The notes under the pieces: generated by a model | Seen by the model: the letters and a program-made list of their open reading frames with translations, nothing else | What the model was told of the DNA's origin: nothing | The model's database searches: none | NCBI GenBank assembly: GCA_000217635.1 | Contig: CP001817.1 | Location: 390,001 to 422,000, forward strand | Reading direction: 5' to 3' | Source of the DNA: Candidatus Saccharimonadota bacterium | GTDB lineage: Bacteria; Pseudomonadota; Gammaproteobacteria; Enterobacterales; Enterobacteriaceae | DNA: 32,000 bases | Position numbers and translations under genes: made by a program | Part shown: positions 20,435-29,328 of the stretch, piece by piece | Layout of the letters: every line of letters begins with the position of its first letter | Numbering within the stretch: the first letter of the stretch is position 1

Positions 20435-21415
20435 ATGTATAAAAAAAAATATTCAAATAAATTTTCTGTTGCTCCTATGTTAAATTATACTGATCAATAT
20501 TGTAGATATTTTTATAGACAATTAACAAAAAAAACATTATTGTATACAGAAATGATCACTTCCCAAGAATTATTATATAAAAATCCTGATAATTATATAA
20601 GATATACCTCAAATAATCAAAATCCTATTGCTATCCAACTTGCCGGAAATAATATTAATGAATTAACAAAATGTGCAATGATAGCATATTCATTAGGATT
20701 TAATGAAATTAATTTAAATGCTGGATGTCCATCTAAAAAAGCTCAATTAGGCGGTTTTGGCGCTTGTTTAATGCTTAATCCTATATTACTTTTTAATATT
20801 ATTCGCGCTATTTATAATACCGTACCTATCCCAATCAGCATTAAAATACGCCTTGGCACACATAACAAAAACAATTATCAACATTTATATAACTTTATTA
20901 AATTAGTTTCTAAAAAAAATTATTGTAAACGTTTTATTATACATGCACGTATTGCTAATTTAAATGGCTTAAATACAAAAAAAAATCGTTGTATCCCTCC
21001 TTTGAATTATAAATATGTTTATAAAATAAAAAAAGATTTCCCGAATTTAAAAATTATCTTAAATGGCGGAATTCAAAATCTTCAAGAAGCTCAAAAACAT
21101 TTAAAGATAATAGACGGAGTAATGTTAGGTCGAGCTATATATAAAAATCCCTTAATGTTGTGCGCTGTAGATCAAAAAATTTTTTCAGTTCATTCTATAA
21201 TTAATAAAAAAATATTATTAGATAATATGCAAAAATATATTCACTATCATTCATTAAAAAATATTCCGATAATATATATTTTTCGCCACATGTTAAATAT
21301 TTTTTATGGCAAACCTCAATCAAAAAAACTAAAACAATATTTTATACATAAAATAAAAAATTATACTGATATAACAATTTTATTTCAAAAATTATCAAAA
21401 AAATTTAATTTTTAA
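20435..21415 (+). CDS. dusA: tRNA-dihydrouridine synthase A
   Basis: 326 aa. FSVAPMLNYTDQYCRYFYRQLTKKTLLYTEM... and ...NLNAGCPSKKAQLGGFGACLM match E. coli DusA. Confidence 0.9.
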   Translation: MYKKKYSNKFSVAPMLNYTDQYCRYFYRQLTKKTLLYTEMITSQELLYKNPDNYIRYTSNNQNPIAIQLAGNNINELTKCAMIAYSLGFNEINLNAGCPSKKAQLGGFGACLMLNPILLFNIIRAIYNTVPIPISIKIRLGTHNKNNYQHLYNFIKLVSKKNYCKRFIIHARIANLNGLNTKKNRCIPPLNYKYVYKIKKDFPNLKIILNGGIQNLQEAQKHLKIIDGVMLGRAIYKNPLMLCAVDQKIFSVHSIINKKILLDNMQKYIHYHSLKNIPIIYIFRHMLNIFYGKPQSKKLKQYFIHKIKNYTDITILFQKLSKKFNF

Positions 21416-21558
21416 AAAAAATAACAACATTAAAAATAGAAAATAAATAATTATATAATTACTAAAATATTATTTTTATAGATTAATCTATTATATTAAT
21501 AGTATAAATTATTAATAAAAATAAATTTTAGTAATTCTATGTAAGAGAAAAAATAATT

Positions 21559-22953
21559 ATGAAAGAAAAACTGTCTTATCAAGAAATATTCAATAAAACC
21601 CCTCCTCATTCTTTAGAAGCTGAGCAATCAGTATTAGGGGGTTTAATGTTAGATAATCAACAATGGGATACGGTATCTGAATATATCGTAAAAGAAGATT
21701 TTTTCAACCAACAACATCAAATAATTTTTTATGAAATGAAAAATTTAATAGAGCAAGGTAATCCAATAGATCTTATAACATTATCTGAATCATTAGAACA
21801 AAAAGGACAACTAAATAATATCGGACGATTTTCATATTTAGCTGAAATATCGAAAAATACACCAAGCGTAGCTAATATTGTTACTTATGCAGAAATTATT
21901 AGAGAAAGAGCAGTTACACGAGAAATTATCTTAGCTGCTCATAATATTGCTCACGCAGGATATTATCCTAAAGGAAGAAAAAGTACCGAACTATTAAATT
22001 ATGCTGAATCAAGTATTTTTAAAATATCAGAAATAAGAATGAATAAGAACGACGGACCAAAAAATATCGAAACTATTTTAGATACTACTATAACTTCTAT
22101 TGAAAAAATTTTTAAAAAACCAAATAATGGCATAACTGGATTAAATACCGGTTATCATGATTTAAACAAAAAAACTACAGGATTACAAAAATCTGACCTT
22201 ATTATTATAGCAGCACGCCCATCAATGGGAAAAACTGCATTTGCAATGAATTTGTGTGAAAATATCGCGATGTTATATGAAAAACCAATTTTAATTTTTA
22301 GTTTAGAAATGCCAGCTGAACAAATTATGATTCGTATGTTAGCGTCATTATCACGAATTAATCAATCAAAAATCCGAACAGGAAAGTTAACCGATGAAGA
22401 ATGGAGTCGTATTTCTGGTACTATTAATATTTTATTAAAAAAGAAAAATATTTACATTGATGATTCGGCCGGATTAACATCTAATGAAATTCGAACTCGT
22501 GCACGCCGTATTTATAGAGAAAATAATGGTTTAAGTTTGATAATGATTGATTATTTACAACTTATTACAACGCCAATATTATCAGGAAATCGTACTTTAG
22601 AAATAGCTGATATTTCACGAACACTTAAATCATTAGCAAAAGAATTACATATTCCTATTATTGCTTTATCTCAACTAAATCGATCATTAGAACAACGATC
22701 AGACAAAAGACCTATTAATTCCGATTTACGAGAATCTGGTTCATTAGAACAAGATGCTGATCTTGTAATATTTATTTATAGAGACGAACTCTATCATGAA
22801 CAAAGCGAGTTAAAAGGTATTGCAGAAATTATTATCGGAAAACAACGAAATGGACCAACCGGAACAATACGCTTAACATTTAATGGCCAGTGGTCACGAT
22901 TTGATAATTATGCTCATCCTAATGTTCATTTTAATTTTAATCACAATAATTAA
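21559..22953 (+). CDS. dnaB: Replicative DNA helicase DnaB
   Basis: 464 aa. PPHSLEAEQSVLGGLMLDN, Walker A ARPSMGKTAF and IDYLQL...SQLNRSLEQR match DnaB. Confidence 0.97.
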   Translation: MKEKLSYQEIFNKTPPHSLEAEQSVLGGLMLDNQQWDTVSEYIVKEDFFNQQHQIIFYEMKNLIEQGNPIDLITLSESLEQKGQLNNIGRFSYLAEISKNTPSVANIVTYAEIIRERAVTREIILAAHNIAHAGYYPKGRKSTELLNYAESSIFKISEIRMNKNDGPKNIETILDTTITSIEKIFKKPNNGITGLNTGYHDLNKKTTGLQKSDLIIIAARPSMGKTAFAMNLCENIAMLYEKPILIFSLEMPAEQIMIRMLASLSRINQSKIRTGKLTDEEWSRISGTINILLKKKNIYIDDSAGLTSNEIRTRARRIYRENNGLSLIMIDYLQLITTPILSGNRTLEIADISRTLKSLAKELHIPIIALSQLNRSLEQRSDKRPINSDLRESGSLEQDADLVIFIYRDELYHEQSELKGIAEIIIGKQRNGPTGTIRLTFNGQWSRFDNYAHPNVHFNFNHNN

Positions 22954-23083
22954 TCTATAAATTATATATTATTTATTACGGAATAAAATCCATAGTATTG
23001 TAATAGATTTTAATTAAATAAATATAAAAAACAATATACGTTTATAAAATTATCACTTTTTAATAAGGTAACATAAATTAATC

Positions 23084-23498
23084 ATGTTAATTATAGCCTT
23101 TGATTACGGGATAAAAAACATTGGCATAGCAATTTCTGAAACAAAGTTATTATACGCACAGCCTATTTGTACAATTAAAAATAAAAATTGGCTTGAAATA
23201 GATAAAATTATTAAAATTTGGTTACCATTGTTAATAATTGTTGGATATCCAATAGACATGAATGGAAAAAAACAAAAAATTACAAAAAAAAAGTTGATAA
23301 ATTTTGTAATCAACTAAAAAAAGATATAGTATTCCAATTATTATACATGATGAACGACTTACTACAATTGAAGCTAAATCAGTTATCTTTCAAAAAGGTG
23401 GGTATAAAGCTTTAGAAAAAACATGTATTCATTCAACTGCAGCAAAAATTATTTTAGAAAGTTGGTTAAAAACTCAATATAAAAAAACAATTAAATAA
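23084..23498 (+). pseudogene. ruvX: Holliday-junction resolvase-like nuclease RuvX (YqgF), two frameshifts in A runs
   Basis: Three consecutive frames together spell an E. coli YqgF-like protein. They read MLIIAFDYGIKNIG...GYPIDMNGKKQKITKKK, then VDKFCNQLKK, then RYSIPIIIHDERLTTIEAKS...AAKIILESWL...*. The junctions are at A9 (23284..23292) and A7 (23316..23322). Adding one A to each gives 138 aa, the E. coli length. Confidence 0.85.
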
Positions 23499-23502
23499 AT
23501 AA

Positions 23503-23540
23503 TAATTAATTTTTTAAATAATAAAAAAATTAATTATTCA
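23503..23540. repeat. 15-bp perfect A/T-only inverted repeat (hairpin) between convergent ruvX and trmB
   Basis: AATAATTAATTTTTT (23503..23517) and AAAAAATTAATTATT (23526..23540) flank an 8-nt loop, starting 5 nt after the ruvX stop. Confidence 0.3.
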
Positions 23541-23688
23541 ATATAATTAATATTATATTATTATAATGTAATATGTAAATGTTCCGGTACAATAACTAAC
23601 TTAACAATAAGTTATGTATCCCAACATAAAAAAATTTATAAAATATAAATATATTAATAAAATTTATATTTCATATATTAAAAAACCT

Positions 23689-24388
23689 TTATAATTTATA
23701 AATATATTCAAATATTATATTACCTAAATTGATTCCTCGTTTTTCATAATTTGTTTGATATGAGAAATATTTTTGATTACATTTTTTATGTATATTAATT
23801 CTTTTAAAAAAATTATATTTTAAAAAATTTTTTTATATGATAAGCATAAGAAAGACAATCTGTTTTAATATATATTATACCATTAGTCATTAATTTTTTA
23901 GATAATAACTTAATAAATACATCTGTTATTATTCTTCTTTTATGATGTTTTCGTTTAGGCCAAGGGTCAGGAAAAAAAATTTGTACCATAGTTAATATCT
24001 TGTTAGGAATCATATATAAAAAAACATCAATAGCATCATAATTTATAATTTTAATATTATTAATATTATATAAATTAGCATATTTTATATTAGATAATAT
24101 ACCAGGAAAATAAACTTCAATACCTAAAAAATTTATATTAGGATAATATTCGGCTTTTTTAACAAAATATTCTCGCGAACCAAAACCGATATCTACAATA
24201 ATAGGTTTATTATTTTCAAATATATCTTGTAAGGATATATAATTATTTGTATATGTAATTCCAAATTGCGCCCATAATTTCTGTATGATATTAGAGGAAT
24301 TTAAAAAATTTGTTTTTCTATATCTTAATACATAACTTTTTGTTTTATAATTAGTATGAAACAGTTGAAAATTAAAACAATCTTTCAT
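23689..24388 (-). pseudogene. trmB: tRNA (guanine46-N7)-methyltransferase TrmB, C-terminal 40-odd codons in another frame
   Basis: ...VDIGFG...FLGIEVY.PG... and ...MVQIFFPDPWPKRKHHKRRI... match TrmB. The ORF stops at 23813 (…YHIKKFFKI*). The adjacent frame continues NFLKYNFFKRINIHKKCNQKYFSYQTNYEKRGINLGNIIFEYIYKL*, against E. coli ...[20 protein letters not shown]. The start at 24388 follows AGGAAG, and an alternative ATG lies at 24394. Confidence 0.82.
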
Positions 24389-24463
24389 TATCATCTTCCT
24401 AAAATAATTAATTAAATTAATATAATCAATAATTATTTTTAAAAATATATAAGAGATATATTT

Positions 24464-25507
24464 ATGATTTTTTCGCAAAAAATTTTAAATTGGTATCACA
24501 ATAATGGACGTAAAAATCTTCCGTGGAAAAAAAATAATAATATATATTATATTTGGATTTCTGAAATTATGTTGCAAAGAACACAAGTTAAAAAAGTAAT
24601 TCCTTATTATATAAAATTTATAAAAAATTTTCCTACTATAAAAATATTATTAAAAAATCCAATTGAAAAAATATTATATTTTTGGAGTGGATTAGGATTT
24701 TATCAAAGGGTACATAATATATATAAAACTGCTCATATCATACAAAAAAAATATCAAGGAAATTTTCCTACTACGCTTCCGGAAATAAAAAATTTACCGG
24801 GCATTGGAAAAACTACAGCTCATGCTATTTTATCCTTTTCTAAAAATTATTGTTATCCAATATTAGATTCTAATATTAAACGTATATTATTACGATATTA
24901 TTTTTCTACTAAAAAAAAATTTTATTTTCTGAAAAAAAAACTATGGAATATAATTAATCAATTAATTCCCGTACATTATGCTGAAAAATTTAATCAAGGT
25001 ATGATGGATCTTGGTGCCTTGATTTGTCATTATAAAAATCCTGAATGTTTATTATGTCCATTAAAAAATCAATGTAACTATTATAAAACAAAACAATCAA
25101 ATATTGAAAAATTATTTATCAAAAAGTTTTCGAAAAAAAAAATTGGCATGACTTTTATAATATTAAACTATAAAAACTTTATTTTATTACAAAAACAAAA
25201 AACACAAAAATTTTGGAAATCTTTATTTTGTTTTCCGATTCATTACTTTTCTATTACAGATAATATATGGAAAAATATAAAAAATATAAAAAATAACGTA
25301 TTTAAAATTATACCTCCTTTTATTCATCACTTTAGTCATATAAAATTATATATAACTGTATGCTTAATACCAATTAAAAAAAACAAAATAAAAATAAATC
25401 TTCAAAAAAAAGATCTCTGGTATGATATATTTTGTCCTCCAAAAATTGGAATACCTTCACCGGTTTCTAAAATTATTACAATTATTAAACAATACGGAAA
25501 TAAAATT
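24464..25507 (+). CDS. mutY: Adenine DNA glycosylase MutY (no stop codon of its own; ORF continues into yggX)
   Basis: [11 protein letters not shown] (catalytic Glu), PILDSNIKR (Asp) and the 4Fe-4S ligands [17 protein letters not shown] are present. The C-terminal domain ...[10 protein letters not shown]...[16 protein letters not shown] matches MutY. The 406-aa ORF runs in frame into YggX at 25508. Confidence 0.88.
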
Positions 25508-25746
25508 ATGAAAAAAATAAAACCTCGCACTATTTTTTGTACATTTCTAAAAAAAGAAGCTTTAGGATTGGATTATCCATTTTATCCTGGCGAAATAGGA
25601 AATAAAATATATAATGAAATTTCTCAAGAAGCATGGCAACATTGGATAAAAAAACAAACAAAAATTATAAATGAAAAAAATTAAATATGTTTTTAGAAGA
25701 TGATAGAAAAAAACTAGAAAAAGAAATGATAAAATTTTTATTTTAA
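25508..25746 (+). pseudogene. yggX: Fe(2+)-trafficking protein YggX, frameshift in an A7 run
   Basis: [57 protein letters not shown] matches E. coli YggX. The frame ends at 25684. With A8 at 25674..25680 it continues [22 protein letters not shown], against E. coli [22 protein letters not shown]. Confidence 0.82.
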
Positions 25747-25784
25747 AAAAAATAAATAGATAGTTAAATGTTCATTTAAAATAT

Positions 25785-25804
25785 TGCGCTTGCTATAAAG
25801 CGCA
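25785..25804 (+). terminator. GC-rich hairpin between convergent yggX and sbcB
   Basis: TGCGCTT (25785..25791), a 6-nt loop, then AAGCGCA (25798..25804). Four consecutive G:C pairs are very unlikely by chance in spacers this AT-rich. It lies about 40 nt after the extended yggX stop. Confidence 0.5.
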
Positions 25805-26069
25805 TATTATAAAAATATTTATCAAAAAATAAAAAATAAATTAATTTAAATAATTAAAAAAAAAATAATAAATCAATGTTTTTATTATAATTTTTTAGTA
25901 AAAAGAAAATTTTAATTTTGAAACTCTATAAAATATAAAAGATATATTTTAAATGCACGTATAAAATATACTGTTATATATAAACAAAAAATTTTAAAAA
26001 ACCTATCTTCACTTTTATAATTTTATAAAAATAAAAATTACTTTATATTCAAAATATTTTTTATAAAAT

Positions 26070-27505
26070 TTAACAAAAATTATTAATTTTATATATTAAT
26101 TTATCAACATACTTTATTAATTTCTTTAATAAATATAATTTTTTAAAATTGTCATAATATTTAATTTTTAAAAAATAAATTTTATTAAAATATTCTGTTA
26201 TTAATTTAGAATTTACTATATTTTGACAATGTTTTTTCCAAATTTTCTTTTCTAATAAATTTAAAGAATGAGGAAAATTTCTCGCCCGTAATCTAAAAAT
26301 AATTTTCTTTAAACGAACATCAAAAAAATCTATATTTTTAATTTTCCAAAATTCTGGAGAAGTTTTTATGTAATAAATTTAGTAATAATTTATCTTTATA
26401 ATTAAAAAAACTATCATATAACATTAAATCTATATTTTTCGATTTAGCTATTTTTAAATTATAATTATTTGAAAAAACAGAAATAACCCATTTTTTTATA
26501 GCATTATTATGAAAAAATAAAAAAAAATTTTTTTGATATTTCATATAATTTAGTTTAAGTCTCTGGCACGATTTTTCAGATAATGAATTATATTTAAAAA
26601 ACATAGGTGATTTATTTAAATAAATAACTTTCATTCCTAATAATAATAAATCATGTATTTTATAATTAATATTATTAGAGTTTTGATACAATGAAAAAAT
26701 ATCTTTAAAACTAGCATTTAAATCAAAAACTAAAAGTAGATTATTATTATTTGGATGATAACCAATAACCATGATACAACTAATATTTTTTTTTTTAGAA
26801 CCAAAAATATTAGATATATAAAAAAATGGTTTTTGATAATTTAAATTAATAAATTTTATTATGTTTTTTTTTTGAGAATTTTTATATAACTTAAAAAAAA
26901 AATTTTTATTTGTAAACATAATAACCTTGCCACTTCAATTGTTGCCAGAACATCCGACGAAGCATCATGAACATTAGCATGAGTAATATTATTTATTTTT
27001 GTAAAATCAGATAACTTAAAACTAACATAACCTTTAGAATTTTTAGGCCAAAAAATATTTTTTGGATAATAAATATAAAATGCTCTTAAAACATTTAACA
27101 TATCCCAAGTAGAATTTCCATTCTTCCAAGACCATTCATATGGATCAAAACAATTTCTATAAAATATATTACGTGTAATTAAATTATCAAATTTTAAATT
27201 ATTAAATCCAATAATACATGTATTTTTTTTCATAAAATATTATATATTTTTTTGAAAAAAATATTCATTAATACCTATTTTACATAAATCTTGGGGTAAT
27301 ATTTGAGTAATTAATATAGCATTAGGATTAGGTAAATAATCTAACGGAGGGATACAAAAAAATTTTTTTTATCAATTATATTAAAAGATAAATCTGTTCT
27401 AATGCTAGAAAATTGAGCGGGTTTATCTAAAGCTGTATCTGTTCCAAAAGTTTCATAATCATAAAATAAAAAACTTTTACATAATGTATTATATTTTTTA
27501 AACAT
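26070..27505 (-). pseudogene. sbcB: Exodeoxyribonuclease I (sbcB) pseudogene, full length but with 3 frameshifts and 1 in-frame stop
   Basis: Five collinear pieces cover essentially all of E. coli ExoI, which is 475 aa. (1) MFKKYNTLCKSFLFYDYETFGTDTALDKPAQFSSIRTD... (2) FFCIPPLDYLPNPNAILITQ... ending at the TAA at 27240..27242. (3) MKKNTCIIGFNNLKFDNLITRNIFYRNCFDPYEWSW...HDASSDVLATIEVARL. (4) FTNKNFFFKLY... to ...LHKNFSRILEN. (5) KNIDFFDVRLKKIIFRLRARNFP... ending at the stop at 26070. Confidence 0.88.
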
Positions 27506-27557
27506 ATAAATATAACTCTAAAAAATAATTATTTAAATAATAAAAATTTCATATAAA

Positions 27558-27630
27558 CTCCCCTGACTGGACTCGAACCAGTGACATACGGATTAACAGT
27601 CCGCCGTTCTACCAACTGAACTACAGAGGA
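27558..27630 (-). tRNA. tRNA-Asn (anticodon GTT)
   Basis: The reverse complement TCCTCTGTAGTTCAGTTGGTAGAACGGCGGACTGTTAATCCGTATGTCACTGGTTCGAGTCCAGTCAGGGGAG is nearly identical to E. coli tRNA-Asn. No CCA is encoded. Confidence 0.93.
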
Positions 27631-27825
27631 ATAATTTAAATTTATAACATAAAAATTTAAATAAATCAATTAAAAAAAAACAAGAAAAATGAATAATAAA
27701 AAATTTATATATTTTTCATAATCTTAAAAAAAATATTTATATATATTTATTTTTTTAATAAAAAATATAGATTACTAAAAAAATTTGTTTTATAATATAA
27801 ATATAATACTTTTAAAAAAATATTC

Positions 27826-27898
27826 GGCCCCTTAGCTCAGTGGTTAGAGCACACGACTCATAATCGTTTGGTCGCTGGTTCAAATCCAGCAGGGGCCA
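27826..27898 (+). tRNA. ileX: tRNA-Ile2 (genomic anticodon CAT, lysidine-dependent; not tRNA-Met)
   Basis: GGCCCCTTAGCTCAGTGGTTAGAGCACACGACTCATAATCGTTTGGTCGCTGGTTCAAATCCAGCAGGGGCCA differs at only a few positions from E. coli ileX as I recall it. It lacks the elongator-Met (GGCTACG...) and initiator (CGCGGGG...) acceptor stems. Confidence 0.8.
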
Positions 27899-27928
27899 AT
27901 TTTTAATATAATAAAAAATATTTTTTAA

Positions 27929-28351
27929 TTAAAAAATAAAATTCACCTTAATATTTAAATATGAAATAAATACTAAGTGAGCAATTATTTCACCGGGATT
28001 TAAATAAAAATTTAACTTACCACGATTCCAAATAGATAACTTTAATTCACCTTCATATAATGTTTTTATATGTTCGATAAAATTTCCAAAAACAATATTT
28101 TTTGTATAACCTAATCCAGAACGAGGTAAAAGTAAGTATTGAATATCGCTAGGAACGATATCAAAACCTCGTAAAGAAATACCTGTTGATAATAATTTAG
28201 AACAATTAGGAGAAATACATAATATTTCTTTATTAAGACATGTTCGCAAATACAACCCAACAACTCCATGAATACGATGTAAAAATAAAGGGAATATTGA
28301 ATATCTATGAATATCCAAAATTTTTAAATTAATTATACTTTTTTTACACAT
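27929..28351 (-). CDS. dut: dUTPase homologue with degenerate catalytic motifs (possibly inactive)
   Basis: The 140-aa ORF is collinear with E. coli Dut (KILD..., LRTCLN, LLPRSGLG, SIWNRG, NPGE.IA). Motif I is VGLYL in place of AGLDL. Motif III is IKTLYEGE in place of IDSDYQGQ. Motif IV is EIIAH in place of ERIAQ. Motif V (RGEGGFGHSG) is absent. Confidence 0.75.
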   Translation of the reverse strand: MCKKSIINLKILDIHRYSIFPLFLHRIHGVVGLYLRTCLNKEILCISPNCSKLLSTGISLRGFDIVPSDIQYLLLPRSGLGYTKNIVFGNFIEHIKTLYEGELKLSIWNRGKLNFYLNPGEIIAHLVFISYLNIKVNFIF

Positions 28352-28448
28352 AAATATATCCTGTATAATTTCAAAAATCTTGTCTTAATCTATAAAAAAC
28401 GTAAATTTAAATTAAAAATTAAAAATAATATTATAAATTATATTAAAA

Positions 28449-28904
28449 TTATGAATTAGAATTAATAATCGAGATACTTATATTAGTACATATTCCTTTA
28501 TATGGAGAAAAAATTACAGTATGTTCCCCTAAATAGCGCAACAAACCATTTGGTAGTTTAATTTCTTGTTTTTTTACAAAAATACCTTGTAAAGCAAGAG
28601 ATTTAATAATATCTGAAACTCCAACAGAACCAAAAATTTTTTTCTTTTCACTAGATTTTTTATAAATAATAATTGACTTTATCGATTGAATTTTTTTAAT
28701 TCGCACATTAGCTTCGAGTATTTTTTCATTTTGTTGTTTTTCTAAATTTAATATAGAATTTTCAAACTTTTTAATATTTTTATTGGTTGCTAAAATTACT
28801 TTTTCTTTTGGAATTAAATAATTACGAGCATATCCATTTTTTACATGAATTAATTGACCCGATTTTCCTAATTTTTTTATTGTAACTAGTAAAATTACTT
28901 TCAT
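28449..28904 (-). CDS. rplI: 50S ribosomal protein L9
   Basis: 151 aa. MKVILL....LGKSGQLIHVKNGYARNYLIP... matches L9. Lies downstream of rpsR. Confidence 0.95.
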   Translation of the reverse strand: MKVILLVTIKKLGKSGQLIHVKNGYARNYLIPKEKVILATNKNIKKFENSILNLEKQQNEKILEANVRIKKIQSIKSIIIYKKSSEKKKIFGSVGVSDIIKSLALQGIFVKKQEIKLPNGLLRYLGEHTVIFSPYKGICTNISISIINSNS

Positions 28905-28978
28905 AAATTAATTACATCCTATAAATCTTTAAATTTTTAAAAAAAATTATTTTTGTTTTTTATATTCAAATTTATTTA

Positions 28979-29206
28979 TTACTGATGTTGATCGGTATAT
29001 GGGATCAGAGCTAAATAACGCGCTATTTTAATTGCTTTTGATAATTGTCGTTGATATTTTGCTTTAGTTCCAGTAATGCGACTTGGAACAATTTTTCCAC
29101 TTTCAGTAATATAATTTTTTAACATCACAATATCTTTGTAATCAACATATTTAATTCCTTCAGCTGTAAATCTACAAAATTTTCTACGACGAAAATAACG
29201 TGCCAT
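28979..29206 (-). CDS. rpsR: 30S ribosomal protein S18
   Basis: 75 aa. [50 protein letters not shown] is the canonical S18. Confidence 0.97.
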   Translation of the reverse strand: MARYFRRRKFCRFTAEGIKYVDYKDIVMLKNYITESGKIVPSRITGTKAKYQRQLSKAIKIARYLALIPYTDQHQ

Positions 29207-29328
29207 ATCTATTTCCTTGTATATTATAAATGAATAAAATTAAAAAAAACACAATGAATAATTTGATATTTATTTACTGAAATAAAATTTTTAATTATTT
29301 TTATAAACTATTAATTTTAGTAGATTTT

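Noticed and set aside
23218-23415. A 65-aa plus-strand ORF listed separately in the track.
   Set aside because: It is not an independent gene. Its central part (VDKFCNQLKK) is the middle frame of the frameshifted ruvX, and the rest is out-of-frame read-through.
26338-27233. Two overlapping minus-strand ORFs (193 aa and 124 aa), considered as possible novel small proteins or a two-gene module.
   Set aside because: Both align collinearly to consecutive parts of exonuclease I. Flanking unlisted frames supply the missing N- and C-termini, so they are fragments of one pseudogene.
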